DNA of 64,000 bases. It comes from Escherichia phage BB1. A program made the position numbers and the translations under genes. This document shows, piece after piece, positions 1 to 10,051 of the stretch. How positions within the stretch are numbered: the stretch's first letter is position 1; each line of letters starts with the position of its first letter. The notes beneath the pieces were generated by a model. The model was not told where the DNA came from and did no database searches. It was given only the letters and a program-made list of their open reading frames with translations. The stretch lies in sequence record NC_106597.1, one strand, 5' to 3'.

Positions 1-1506
1 CACACGGCAACCCAAACATACAAGATGATTGAAGAGATTATGGGTGGTGACTTCCAAACATTCACCAAACTAATTTATCAATCAGTGGGTTCCAATCTAG
101 ACTTTCTAAAAGCAACAGATGCAACACGTAAGGCTTTTCTTGTTAACTTGTTCAATCAAGAACAGTACAAAGAAATGTCAGAAACTATTAAGGCTGACCG
201 TAAAGAAATAGCAAATACCTTAAATAATTTGCAGGGCCAAATGGCTGTAATTACGAAAATCCTTAATGGAAAGAATAACTTGGGAACCTTACAAGAACCA
301 GTCGAAGTGCCGGAGTTTGATGAAGAGCCATTAGCACAAGAACTTACTGAATCGAAAATTAAGGCGGCATTAGCCAAGTCTCAAGAGGCTAATATTACTA
401 AATTGCGTAATTTGGACAAAGCTGTACAAGTTGCCGAACAATCTTTCGAGCCTTTTAAAAATTTGCCTGCGCCCACTGACCAAAACGAAGAGATCTCAAG
501 TGTTACGCGTGACCTAACGATTGTGACCTCACGTGCGGGCGAAGTTAAGAAACGTTATCAGAAGTTCAAGCAAGAGGCTTCAAATACTGAATGCCCTACC
601 TGTGGTACTCATCTAGATACAACTGCTGCTCAAAAAGCAATGGATATGGCTAGAACAGAATATGATCCTCTGTTCAAAGAGAAGCAATCTCTTGAAGCTA
701 AGCTAGAACAGTTGAAGAAAGAACAACTTGAGTATGTTGCGTATACTAGAGCAAAGGATGCTTTGGATAAAGCAGTGGTAGCTAGAGACGAGTTCAAAAA
801 TTCAATGAGTGATGCTTCTTTTGAAGAACTCAATGTGCAAATCCTACAGGTGCAAATCCGACAATTAGAACAGGAAATCGCTGATGGGCGTTCTAAGGTT
901 GCAATTGCTAAAGAACATAATGCAAATGTTGAGTTAGCCAATGCAAAATATAAAGCGAAACTAGAGCAGATTGAGAAAGCTGAAGCAGAAATGTCCGAGA
1001 TTACTTCTAAACTGGATGGAGTATCCGAAGCTGTTGCTGATCTCGATATTCTGATTGCTGCATTAAAGAATCTAGTAGGGTATAAACTAGAGCATAGTGT
1101 GAAAGTATTTGAAGAGCTAATTAATAAATACCTTTCAATTATGACTGGTGGTAAATTCGCACTTGGATTTGAACTTGATGAAACAAAATTACAAGTAGTA
1201 ATCTTCAATGATGGAAACCGTACCAGTATGGAGAACTGCTCTACTGGTCAGCAAAGTCGAATTAATCTAGCAACCCTGTTAGCTATTCGGATGCTGTTAA
1301 CATCTATTAGTAAAGTTAATATTAATCTTCTATTCCTTGATGAAGTAATTAGCTTTATTGATACAAAAGGACTTGATACTCTCGTTGAACTATTAAATGA
1401 GGAAGAGAGTCTAAATTCTATCATTGTTTCTCATGGGCATACGCATCCACTAGCTCATAAGATTACTGTCAAAAAAGATGCAGAAGGATTTTCCTACTTA
1501 GAATAA
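1..1506 (+). CDS. SbcC/Rad50-like recombination nuclease ATPase subunit, C-terminal part (5' end lies outside the window)
   Basis: Frame is open from position 1; long coiled-coil segment, CxxC zinc-hook-like ECPTCG, ABC signature STGQQSRINLA, Walker B LLFLDEV, SHGH near C-terminus. Confidence 0.7.
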   Translation, partial: HTATQTYKMIEEIMGGDFQTFTKLIYQSVGSNLDFLKATDATRKAFLVNLFNQEQYKEMSETIKADRKEIANTLNNLQGQMAVITKILNGKNNLGTLQEPVEVPEFDEEPLAQELTESKIKAALAKSQEANITKLRNLDKAVQVAEQSFEPFKNLPAPTDQNEEISSVTRDLTIVTSRAGEVKKRYQKFKQEASNTECPTCGTHLDTTAAQKAMDMARTEYDPLFKEKQSLEAKLEQLKKEQLEYVAYTRAKDALDKAVVARDEFKNSMSDASFEELNVQILQVQIRQLEQEIADGRSKVAIAKEHNANVELANAKYKAKLEQIEKAEAEMSEITSKLDGVSEAVADLDILIAALKNLVGYKLEHSVKVFEELINKYLSIMTGGKFALGFELDETKLQVVIFNDGNRTSMENCSTGQQSRINLATLLAIRMLLTSISKVNINLLFLDEVISFIDTKGLDTLVELLNEEESLNSIIVSHGHTHPLAHKITVKKDAEGFSYLE

Positions 1507-1509
1507 AAC

Positions 1510-1992
1510 ATGGCTGTAGATAGTAGAGAGAAAGGTAAACGTGGCGAATATCAGGTAAGAGATATTTTACGTGAACGTACAGGTCTTGAGTGGGAACGTG
1601 TTCCTGGTTCTGGTGCTTTTGGCCAGAGCCACGGACTGAAAGGTGACATCTACCTTCCACCACAAAGCGGGCACATTAGTAAATACTGCTTCGAAGTTAA
1701 GTGGTATAAAGATGATAATATATCAAGTAATTTATTTAATGTTGGTGAATCCACTCTAGAGAAATGGTGGCAGCAGTGCTCACGTGAAGGTGAGCAGATG
1801 AACTCCAAGCCTGCATTAATATTCAAAAAAGACAGAGGACAGTGGTTAATAGCTTTGGATAGCTCAGACCCGATGGTTGACAACTTAATGAGTCGTACCC
1901 ATATGGTGTTAAATAAGAAAGACATGGAAATCGTAATTGGCTTATTTGAACCGTGGCTACATCATGCATCTGTTGAGGACTTAATTAAATAA
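1510..1992 (+). CDS. PD-(D/E)xK-type nuclease (Holliday-junction-resolvase-like), putative
   Basis: 160 aa; GDIY followed by FEVK with spacing typical of a D...ExK catalytic core; sits between the SbcC-like and flap endonuclease genes. Confidence 0.45.
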   Translation: MAVDSREKGKRGEYQVRDILRERTGLEWERVPGSGAFGQSHGLKGDIYLPPQSGHISKYCFEVKWYKDDNISSNLFNVGESTLEKWWQQCSREGEQMNSKPALIFKKDRGQWLIALDSSDPMVDNLMSRTHMVLNKKDMEIVIGLFEPWLHHASVEDLIK

Positions 1993-2867
1993 TGAGTAAA
2001 TCCTGGGGAAAATTTATTGAAGAAGAGGAAGCTGAAATGGCTTCCCGTCGTAACCTAATGATTGTCGATGGAACTAACTTAGGCTTTCGCTTCAAGCATA
2101 ACAATAGTAAAAAACCATTTGCCTCAAGTTATGTTTCCACTATTCAGTCTCTTGCAAAATCTTATTCTGCTAGAACTACAATAGTTTTAGGAGATAAAGG
2201 GAAGTCTGCATTCCGCTTAGAGCATCTTCCCGAGTATAAAGGGAATCGAGATGAGAAATACTCACAGCGTACGGAAGAGGAGAAAGCATTAGATGAGCAG
2301 TTCTTCGAGTATTTGAAAGATGCTTTCGAATTATGTGAAACTACATTCCCAACTTTCACTATTCGTGGTGTAGAAGCAGATGATATGGCAGCTTATATTG
2401 TTAAGTTGATCGGACATCTATATGATCACGTTTGGCTGATTTCTACTGACGGTGACTGGGATACTTTATTAACTGATAAAGTATCTCGCTTCTCTTTCAC
2501 AACACGTCGTGAATATCATCTTCGTGATATGTATGAGCATCATAATGTTGACGATGTAGAGCAGTTTATCTCTCTAAAAGCAATTATGGGTGATTTAGGG
2601 GATAATATCCGTGGTGTTGAAGGTATTGGGGCAAAACGCGGGTATAACATTATTCGTGAATTTGGTAACGTTCTGGATATTATTGATCAGCTTCCACTGC
2701 CTGGAAAACAGAAATATATACAGAATTTAAATGCTTCGGAAGAATTGCTTTATCGAAACCTAATTCTGGTTGATTTACCTACCTACTGTGTGGATGCTAT
2801 TGCTGCAGTGGGTCAAGACGTATTAGATAAGTTTACAAAAGATATTTTGGAGATTGCAGGACAATGA
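1992..2867 (+). CDS. flap endonuclease / 5'-3' exonuclease (T5 D15-like)
   Basis: 291 aa; N-terminal MIVDGTNLGFR 5'-nuclease motif, acidic clusters, helix-hairpin-helix GDNIRGVEGIGAKRG; same length as the T5 exonuclease. Confidence 0.85.
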   Translation: MSKSWGKFIEEEEAEMASRRNLMIVDGTNLGFRFKHNNSKKPFASSYVSTIQSLAKSYSARTTIVLGDKGKSAFRLEHLPEYKGNRDEKYSQRTEEEKALDEQFFEYLKDAFELCETTFPTFTIRGVEADDMAAYIVKLIGHLYDHVWLISTDGDWDTLLTDKVSRFSFTTRREYHLRDMYEHHNVDDVEQFISLKAIMGDLGDNIRGVEGIGAKRGYNIIREFGNVLDIIDQLPLPGKQKYIQNLNASEELLYRNLILVDLPTYCVDAIAAVGQDVLDKFTKDILEIAGQ

Positions 2868-3310
2868 TTAAAATTAAATTAACCCATCCAGATTGTATGC
2901 CTAAGATTGGCTCCGAAGATGCCGCAGGTATGGATCTGCGAGCGTTCTTTGGTACTAACCCTGCTGCAGATTTACGTGCTATTGCACCAGGCAAATCTCT
3001 TATGATTGACACCGGTGTCGCGGTAGAAATTCCGCGAGGTTGGTTCGGTTTGGTGGTCCCTCGTAGCTCCTTAGGTAAACGTCATCTGATGATTGCAAAC
3101 ACCGCAGGAGTGATTGACTCAGACTATCGTGGAACTATTAAGATGAACCTTTATAACTATGGTTCTGAAATTCAAACTCTGGAAAATTTTGAAAGACTTT
3201 GTCAGCTAGTAGTAGTACCGCACTACTCAACTCATAATTTTGAAATCGTTGACGAACTAGGGGAGACTGGTCGTGGGGAAGGCGGATTTGGAAGTTCAGG
3301 AAGCAAATAA
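2864..3310 (+). CDS. dut: dUTP pyrophosphatase
   Basis: 148 aa; dUTPase motifs AAGMDLRA, GLVVPRSSLG, GVIDSDYRG and a Gly-rich C-terminus; start overlaps the upstream stop (ATGA). Confidence 0.85.
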   Translation: MIKIKLTHPDCMPKIGSEDAAGMDLRAFFGTNPAADLRAIAPGKSLMIDTGVAVEIPRGWFGLVVPRSSLGKRHLMIANTAGVIDSDYRGTIKMNLYNYGSEIQTLENFERLCQLVVVPHYSTHNFEIVDELGETGRGEGGFGSSGSK

Positions 3311-3536
3311 TTTTACCGATCCTAATATGGTAGGTATTAATACTAATACGTCAACTTATCAGATTAAAACTACTGAACCAGAAACGGTTGTACTAAAAAC
3401 AGATAAAGAAGGTAATGTTATTTTCTGGGATCCTGAAGGTTTTGTAGAGCTTTGTACTAATACGGATAATGAGCAGTTAAAAATATTATTAACTATTTAT
3501 AATCTTGGTATTATAGAAGGTTGTAGAAGTGAATAA
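3273..3536 (+). CDS. hypothetical protein
   Basis: 87-aa ORF overlapping the dut 3' end; ends just before the bidirectional terminator. Confidence 0.3.
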   Translation: MGKADLEVQEANNFTDPNMVGINTNTSTYQIKTTEPETVVLKTDKEGNVIFWDPEGFVELCTNTDNEQLKILLTIYNLGIIEGCRSE

Positions 3537-3540
3537 TAGA

Positions 3541-3580
3541 AAACCCCAGTGGATTTTGTCCACTGGGGTTTCTTTTTAGC
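3541..3580. terminator. bidirectional rho-independent terminator between convergent genes
   Basis: Hairpin CCCCAGTGG-attttgt-CCACTGGGG followed by TTTCTTTTT on plus strand and by a T-rich run on the minus strand. Confidence 0.75.
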
Positions 3581-3582
3581 TA

Positions 3583-6500
3583 TTATCTATTCGCTAGTAG
3601 AGAGTTAACTACTATGGTTAGATCTGCAATTTGCTTTTTAAGATCAGATACTTCTGATTCTAGAGCTGTGATCCTGCTATCAGATTCTCTGCTTACCTGT
3701 ACTAACAACCCGGTAATGGCCCCATAATCTACCGAATAGAATCGTTCCTCTCCAACGAGAGGCTCACCGTTTAGGGTGGCACCTGCGAGATCTGTATATT
3801 TTGTAAATCCACTTACAGCCTCCGGTAGCGCTTCCATCACTTCCTGGGCTATAACTCCCGCGTACGGCATACCGTTTTCTTTAAGGGTATATGTATATCC
3901 TTTCATTTTACGGAGAGATTCTGTAGCATTGGGTATCTCTACTATGTTATCTTTTAGATCCCTATCAGAAGCTTGGTTAAATGCGATTGCTTGAGCAGCC
4001 CCATTTACTTGGAGAACACGAGATCCATCAGTATTTTGTTGCGCATAAAATAAGTATCCATCAGTTAATTTACACTCAATAACAGAAGGTCTTCCAGTAG
4101 TATTACCCCATAATTGAAGTATAGCATCTTTAGCTGCATTTGATGTATTTTCAATTCTAAACTGTCGATTATTTGAACGACGTACAACTATAGCAGTACT
4201 ATCTGCAAAAACTCCACCACCATAATTAGGGGTCCTTATTGAAGTATTACCATCCTCCCCTAAACTTAATGAACTGCCCATCATCTCATTAGCTATAACA
4301 ACAGATTTTCCAGCTCCGGTTTTACCAAAATACCACATTCTAGTATTATTAGCTGTTCTACCTGCTAAATAACCACTTTCAGAAGTATCATCAACACTAG
4401 ATTTTAGGGTTAATGCCTCTCCATTTTTATTTATAAAAAGAGGGACTTTAAAATCAGCATATTGATCCGTAATTATACGATTCCATGCACCTATAGTGCC
4501 AGATTCAATACTTCTCAGATAATATTTATTACCCCTACCGGCTAGTTGAGTAGCATAGTTACCACTAAAACCTATATGTACCCCACCATATACAACATTG
4601 TTTTCAGGACTATTAACTTGACCAGCAATACCATAAAACTTATTGATAGTGTTATGTTGTGTATTCCAGTCTACACCAGTAGAAGATAACATACCTGAAG
4701 GAGCTGAGAAGGTCCCATCCTTATTAAAATTAAAGAATTTATGACTAGCAGAACTAGTCATATCCCTAACAATAATCTGTCCAGCTTCTTCTGTTGCCCT
4801 AAACTCACTTTGTCCTAATATGGTATCAGCACTATTTACTAACTGAGATGTGTATGTATTTTTTGTTACAGCATCGCCTCTAGCAGAAAAACTATTAGCA
4901 CCAACAACACTACCATTAAAAGTAAAAGAAGGTGCAGTAGCAGAAAAGGCGTTACCAGAGTTAAGATTATTAGTTAAAGCAAAATTAGGAGATAATCCCT
5001 GACGGAAAGGATGATTAGAGTAAAAGCCAGAACCGCCACCAGTAAAGTTCAAGAGGTTGCTAACATTACCCTCAGCATTTCCATCACCCGCATCTGTTAC
5101 TCCAAATTTAAATTTAACCCCGTTAGTTCCTAATACATAGTCTTCCGTTGGAACATTTATAACAACCTTTGGGTCTGTCATAATGTTCACAGGAAATGCT
5201 TTATAGTGCACATAAACTGCTATGTGTTGAGCATAGTCCTTGTTACTTCCTTTTATGCATAGAATACCCAACTCATTGGGGTCATACGTTGTGAATACTC
5301 CATATGCTATACTAGGGCTATCGCTCCAGCCACCACAAGTTACGTAGCCAGAAAAAACATTATTATTCATCTCATGGCCGGCCGATCTACCAGGAGTACG
5401 AATAGATATAGGTACTGGCATAACCCCATTACCATTAACACCTCCAGTATAAAATATAACTGGATAGTATTTCCCATCAACAGCACCTGAAGGCGCATTA
5501 ATAGTTTGGTAAGTACCTATAAATCCTGTAGTAGGTATACCTAAATTTTGTTGAGTTACAGTAAGATTCCTAACAGCTATAGTATCCGTATTAATCTCAT
5601 TTGGTACGAATAGTTGACCATTATGTTTAAAATGGAATGTTTTATAAGATGGGCCAGTATCTTCTCCCATAATCTGCAGAGTTGCAGCAGCAGTACCATC
5701 AGAAAGTTTTTCAGGGTATAAGCGCATACGCGCTCTTTGAGTACCATTCACAGCTCTTAAGTAACTATTAATAATACCTCCAGCAGCTGCCGTACTATCA
5801 CTATATCCAGTTAATGATAGACCAGCAAATAATGGTGCATGCTGGGAACCTAGCTCAATAAGCTGTCTACAGTAGCTAGGATCGTAACTATTAAGGATAG
5901 ATCCCCAGGCAGACCATGTTGAGGTACCTGGGTTATAACTACGTTCGTATATCCTATTAGTACTAAAGGTAATGTATATCTGACAACATCCAGCAACCCC
6001 ATTAGCACTATTTTGTAGTACCATTAAGTTTCCCGCTTCTTGAATAGGATAATTACGGGCTATAGTTGCATTAGCAGATAGATTCTGGTAATAGAAACCT
6101 GCAGACTCACCCGTAAGATCATTCAAGTTCTGATCTGTTAAGGTAGAAAATCTACGATACATTACTTCCAGATTTCTACGTGCGTCAGAAGTATTAAGAG
6201 CACCAGTGCCGCCCTGAGCTATTGCGAGAGGTTGCCACCTACTAGTTGTAGGATTAAATGCTCCCCACTGACCACCAGCATCAACCTGTAAGTAACAGCC
6301 ATCCGACTGAATATCTGTTGAACAAACGATGGTTCTTGTATCACTGGAACGTTGGAAGCGGTTTAGCTGTAGATTAGTTCTCGCTTCAGCAGCTGATCTA
6401 CCTCCGGTACCACCCTGTCCTACTGCAAGAGGTATGTATGTCCTATTCTCTATATCATAAGCTCCCCAGAGTTTATTGGAAGTAATAATTATTTTTGCAC

Positions 6501-7485
6501 CTTCATTAGGGTTTAATAGTTGAGTTTCAGAATTTAGTTGGACGAGCTTATCAACCTCATTCTTACGTGCATGACGTGTCCACTGCGGGCCAGTAGATGT
6601 ACTCCAACGATAGGTGTATAATGAGCGAGACGCCCATCCTTGGAAAACACCAGTGTACGCTGGACTACCATCCACTTGACTAATAAACCCTGTAAGACTA
6701 CTCTCACCAGAGGCTATTGATGGGAAGCCTACTGCATTACTCATGATACGCATAAAGCCAATATACGCAGAAGGATTACCAGAAATATCAGGACAATCAC
6801 GAGGGGCATTACCTAAACCTATAGAGGCTTTCATGCCGGAAGCTACATTTTCAGCTTTAGTAGCTGAAGCAGCCGCATTAGTTTCCGAAGTTTTAGCATT
6901 AGTTTCTGATACTTTAGCAGCATTAGCACTGTTAGCAGCAGCAGTTTTACTACTATTAGCGTTAGTTTCAGAAGTTTTAGCGGCAGAAGCAGATGCAGCA
7001 GCATTAGTTTCTGAGGTTTTTGCTGCGGAAGCAGATGCAGCAGCAGCAGTTTTGCTACTATTAGCATTGGTCTCAGAAGTTTTAGCCGCTGTTTCACTAG
7101 CTTTTGCATTGGTTTCTGAAGTTTTTGCAGCCGTCTCACTAGCTTTTGCGTTAGTCTCAGAAGTCTTAGCAGCTTTAGCGCTATTAGCAGAAGTAGTAGC
7201 AGAAGAGGCAGACTGAGTTGCAGATTGCTGGGAAGATGCTGCGGAAATTTCTGCTTCATTCTCAGAGTCTTTAGCGTTTAGCTCTGACTGTTTAGCATTA
7301 ATCTCTGATTGTTTAGCTGCTGCAGCAGAAGCTTTAGAGGATTCTATAGCAGTAGTTAGTTCTCCTGCCGTAATAGAGCTAATGGAATTAGAAAGCACAA
7401 CTGTATACTTAGGATACTTACTTGCAGTTATGCTATTCTGGTCCATAATGACCATTTGCTGTAAAATTATTTTAGTTATAGCCAT
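3583..7485 (-). CDS. L-shaped tail fibre protein (pb1-like) with C-terminal intramolecular chaperone domain
   Basis: 1300 aa; N-terminal Ala/Ser/Thr-rich tandem repeats (AKTSETNAKASETAAK...); C-terminal S74-type autoproteolytic chaperone motif (DRDLKDNI..., GYTYTLKENG); position matches ltf in T5. Confidence 0.8.
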   Translation of the reverse strand: MAITKIILQQMVIMDQNSITASKYPKYTVVLSNSISSITAGELTTAIESSKASAAAAKQSEINAKQSELNAKDSENEAEISAASSQQSATQSASSATTSANSAKAAKTSETNAKASETAAKTSETNAKASETAAKTSETNANSSKTAAAASASAAKTSETNAAASASAAKTSETNANSSKTAAANSANAAKVSETNAKTSETNAAASATKAENVASGMKASIGLGNAPRDCPDISGNPSAYIGFMRIMSNAVGFPSIASGESSLTGFISQVDGSPAYTGVFQGWASRSLYTYRWSTSTGPQWTRHARKNEVDKLVQLNSETQLLNPNEGAKIIITSNKLWGAYDIENRTYIPLAVGQGGTGGRSAAEARTNLQLNRFQRSSDTRTIVCSTDIQSDGCYLQVDAGGQWGAFNPTTSRWQPLAIAQGGTGALNTSDARRNLEVMYRRFSTLTDQNLNDLTGESAGFYYQNLSANATIARNYPIQEAGNLMVLQNSANGVAGCCQIYITFSTNRIYERSYNPGTSTWSAWGSILNSYDPSYCRQLIELGSQHAPLFAGLSLTGYSDSTAAAGGIINSYLRAVNGTQRARMRLYPEKLSDGTAAATLQIMGEDTGPSYKTFHFKHNGQLFVPNEINTDTIAVRNLTVTQQNLGIPTTGFIGTYQTINAPSGAVDGKYYPVIFYTGGVNGNGVMPVPISIRTPGRSAGHEMNNNVFSGYVTCGGWSDSPSIAYGVFTTYDPNELGILCIKGSNKDYAQHIAVYVHYKAFPVNIMTDPKVVINVPTEDYVLGTNGVKFKFGVTDAGDGNAEGNVSNLLNFTGGGSGFYSNHPFRQGLSPNFALTNNLNSGNAFSATAPSFTFNGSVVGANSFSARGDAVTKNTYTSQLVNSADTILGQSEFRATEEAGQIIVRDMTSSASHKFFNFNKDGTFSAPSGMLSSTGVDWNTQHNTINKFYGIAGQVNSPENNVVYGGVHIGFSGNYATQLAGRGNKYYLRSIESGTIGAWNRIITDQYADFKVPLFINKNGEALTLKSSVDDTSESGYLAGRTANNTRMWYFGKTGAGKSVVIANEMMGSSLSLGEDGNTSIRTPNYGGGVFADSTAIVVRRSNNRQFRIENTSNAAKDAILQLWGNTTGRPSVIECKLTDGYLFYAQQNTDGSRVLQVNGAAQAIAFNQASDRDLKDNIVEIPNATESLRKMKGYTYTLKENGMPYAGVIAQEVMEALPEAVSGFTKYTDLAGATLNGEPLVGEERFYSVDYGAITGLLVQVSRESDSRITALESEVSDLKKQIADLTIVVNSLLANR
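6838..7330 (-). repeat. in-frame tandem nucleotide repeats encoding the Ala/Thr/Ser-rich repeat region of the tail fibre
   Basis: Reiterated units of about 21-24 nt (gcattagtttctga.gttttagc variants); both antisense ORFs in the track show periodic low-complexity translations. Confidence 0.7.
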
Positions 7486-7907
7486 TATTGAGTTACCCCA
7501 TCGCTAATATAAACTTTGCCTTCCATAATACGGAAAGAGCTAGCAGCGCTACCAACAGCTGTTCTAGTAATTATAACATCGTAGTATCCAGCTAACCTTT
7601 GTCTAGGATTATACCTATCTCTTTCTTTAGATGCTTTAGATGCAATAGTAGTTACAGCATTAACAGGTAAACTTATAGATGCTACACCTTGTTTAGCATC
7701 TATAATAGAAGTGGTAAAGGATGCTAAATTTTCAGCCCCATCCTCTAAACTACTCTTAATACTTCCTCTAAGAGAGAAGCCAGTAAGATCTACTGGCTTA
7801 GATGTAGCAGGATAAACACTATCATCTACATCCATAAATTGCATAAGTAAACCATAAGGTACGTTTTCGTCTACTACTAAATCAATAACTCTATTTTCTG
7901 TACTCAT
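7485..7907 (-). CDS. tail collar protein (p132-like)
   Basis: 140 aa, start overlaps the tail-fibre stop; length and position match T5 p132. Confidence 0.5.
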   Translation of the reverse strand: MSTENRVIDLVVDENVPYGLLMQFMDVDDSVYPATSKPVDLTGFSLRGSIKSSLEDGAENLASFTTSIIDAKQGVASISLPVNAVTTIASKASKERDRYNPRQRLAGYYDVIITRTAVGSAASSFRIMEGKVYISDGVTQ

Positions 7908-7912
7908 TATTT

Positions 7913-10051
7913 TTACCTTATATGGATATACCCGTTTTGCAGGTCTATCTTCATTTTGTAAGATCCCTCTGGATTAGAGGATAGTGCGGCTGCACGATCA
8001 TATATAATATTTACACCAATTTGTGATAAGAAAGCGTTATTAGCAACAATTTTACTAGCAGTTACCGTACCATTAACTATCATATCACCATGTAAAACCA
8101 TTGCAGGGCTAGCCCATGCTGAACCATTCCACTGCCTAGTGAATGCTGTTCCTGGTGCCCCACTTTTATACTCGGTTAATACATCATATTTAACAGGACC
8201 AGTACCAAAATTAGATGTAAAAAACGAATTAGCCTGAGAATCATTCCATGCCGTTAAGTTAGCAATAGCAAGAGAATACATTCCAGGACCACGTTGTCCG
8301 TCTGCTCCTGGCCGCCCATCAGCACCTGGTTTTCCATCGGCACCTGGTTTTCCATCAGCACCTGGTAGTCCATCAGCTCCCGGCTTACCATCTACCCCTT
8401 CTGTACCGCTCCATTGAACTACATCTGACCAACTAGTTCCGGATACTAATTGATTAGTAACAGGGTCCAGAGTACCCGTAGAACAGTAAATATTCTGAGT
8501 ATTAGATATTCTATTCGGCGGAGTTTTAGACCAACCAGAAGGTGGGTATGCAGGGCTTGTTGGTTTAGCAGGTAATGAAGTACCTAGAATATAAATAAAT
8601 ACTGTTTGCTTACCTTGTATACCTGTTTCTATATCAATATCGCCATTAGGTGTACCAATTACAACTCCACTAGAAATTCTTAATGTATCACCATCGAAAC
8701 GAATATATTGCGTAGCATTACCAATATCTACTTTTGGCTTCGCAGTAGCATTATCCATGCCCATCCAAATACCAGATTTTGTATCTCCCCAAGTTTTACC
8801 TTGAGTATAAATTGCTGGGTTGTCTTGACCAGTTAAGTTAGTCATTACAAAGTTCGCAGCATTAATGGTTTTAGTTATTACACTTCCATCAACGTTAATT
8901 ATCTTTTTAATAGGGTCAAAAGATATTGGTGCTTTTCCTTCTGCATCTAGAAGACCTATATTAATAGCACCTGTAGCAGCATCTATTAGGAAGGTTTGTT
9001 TCCAGGTAGATCCATCTTTGATCTTACCCTTAATGTACGCGTAATTTACTTCGATACCAGTTTCATTAACAAAACTATTATCTAATGGAGTACTCTCATT
9101 TAATATAAATGTCTGTACTGCGGAATCAGTAACATCTTGAGCATCTGGTCCCCAGGCAATAGATGACACTTTAAATTTATGCTCTACTTTCCATGGAAAT
9201 GATATAATTGTTGCTGACTGAGCAGCACCCACGTTGATTTTTTGTGCCTTAGTCCATCCAGTTCTAGCAAATTCTGCTGAATCTATATATGATAGAACGA
9301 ATTCACGAACGTTGGCGCCTGTCCCTCTATTCCAATCCCATTGCACACGTAAATCATAGCGTTCTTTACCATCCGCTATACGCGCAGCTTTAAACACAAT
9401 ATTAACAGGAGCTGTAGGAGGTACAAAGTTATATCTAACTTCAAAGACAGTAGGATACTCATAGTATCCAGATGAATCAATAGTTACTCCGTCTGGCAGG
9501 GATACTTGTCCAGAAATTCTTACCTTATAGGATCCGATTGGCACACCACCAAACATAATAGTTGGCATCAACGCACCAACATAATATTTAACCCACGGAT
9601 TATTAGCATTAGAATTATTTTTTAATTCTATAGTACAATAATCAGCTTCTCCTGTAGTATCTATATAAACTATTGGCGCTCCAACACCTACGTCTACAGG
9701 CTCTGATTCACATCTAACACCTGTAATTCTAGGTGCTGACTTCATTTTAAAAGTTTGTTTATCAGATAGATTAATACCTATCTGAGCATTAAGTAGTTCA
9801 GAGTCTATTATAGAATCATAAAATGCACCCTGAACTTCATAAGTTGTTGTAGGTTTTAAGTTATTAATAGTTACAGAAAAGGTATCAACTCCAGTAAAAT
9901 CTCTACGAGTAACGTTGCTACCTTCTTTAAGCCAAAAAGATCTACCTATAACGTCATAATCAGAATAGATAGAATGCTGGATATACGCCAACGTATATCC
10001 AGTTAAGACGCTATTTAGAACCATTTTAGCTGGTGCATTATTTGAAATCAT
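7913..10051 (-). CDS. baseplate / central fibre protein (pb4-like) with collagen-like repeat
   Basis: 712 aa; contains [36 protein letters not shown]; position between collar and baseplate hub genes. Confidence 0.6.
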   Translation of the reverse strand: MISNNAPAKMVLNSVLTGYTLAYIQHSIYSDYDVIGRSFWLKEGSNVTRRDFTGVDTFSVTINNLKPTTTYEVQGAFYDSIIDSELLNAQIGINLSDKQTFKMKSAPRITGVRCESEPVDVGVGAPIVYIDTTGEADYCTIELKNNSNANNPWVKYYVGALMPTIMFGGVPIGSYKVRISGQVSLPDGVTIDSSGYYEYPTVFEVRYNFVPPTAPVNIVFKAARIADGKERYDLRVQWDWNRGTGANVREFVLSYIDSAEFARTGWTKAQKINVGAAQSATIISFPWKVEHKFKVSSIAWGPDAQDVTDSAVQTFILNESTPLDNSFVNETGIEVNYAYIKGKIKDGSTWKQTFLIDAATGAINIGLLDAEGKAPISFDPIKKIINVDGSVITKTINAANFVMTNLTGQDNPAIYTQGKTWGDTKSGIWMGMDNATAKPKVDIGNATQYIRFDGDTLRISSGVVIGTPNGDIDIETGIQGKQTVFIYILGTSLPAKPTSPAYPPSGWSKTPPNRISNTQNIYCSTGTLDPVTNQLVSGTSWSDVVQWSGTEGVDGKPGADGLPGADGKPGADGKPGADGRPGADGQRGPGMYSLAIANLTAWNDSQANSFFTSNFGTGPVKYDVLTEYKSGAPGTAFTRQWNGSAWASPAMVLHGDMIVNGTVTASKIVANNAFLSQIGVNIIYDRAAALSSNPEGSYKMKIDLQNGYIHIR
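8285..8400 (-). repeat. collagen-like G-X-Y coding repeat inside the pb4-like gene
   Basis: Three near-identical copies of ggttttccatc(g/a)gcacctggt on the plus strand encoding the GKPGADG heptad. Confidence 0.7.

Noticed and set aside
6743-7259. Two ORFs (157 aa plus strand, 138 aa minus strand) inside the tail fibre gene
   Set aside because: Both are low-complexity translations (Ala/Leu or Leu/Lys/Gln repeats) of the fibre gene's tandem repeats in alternative frames or the antisense strand.
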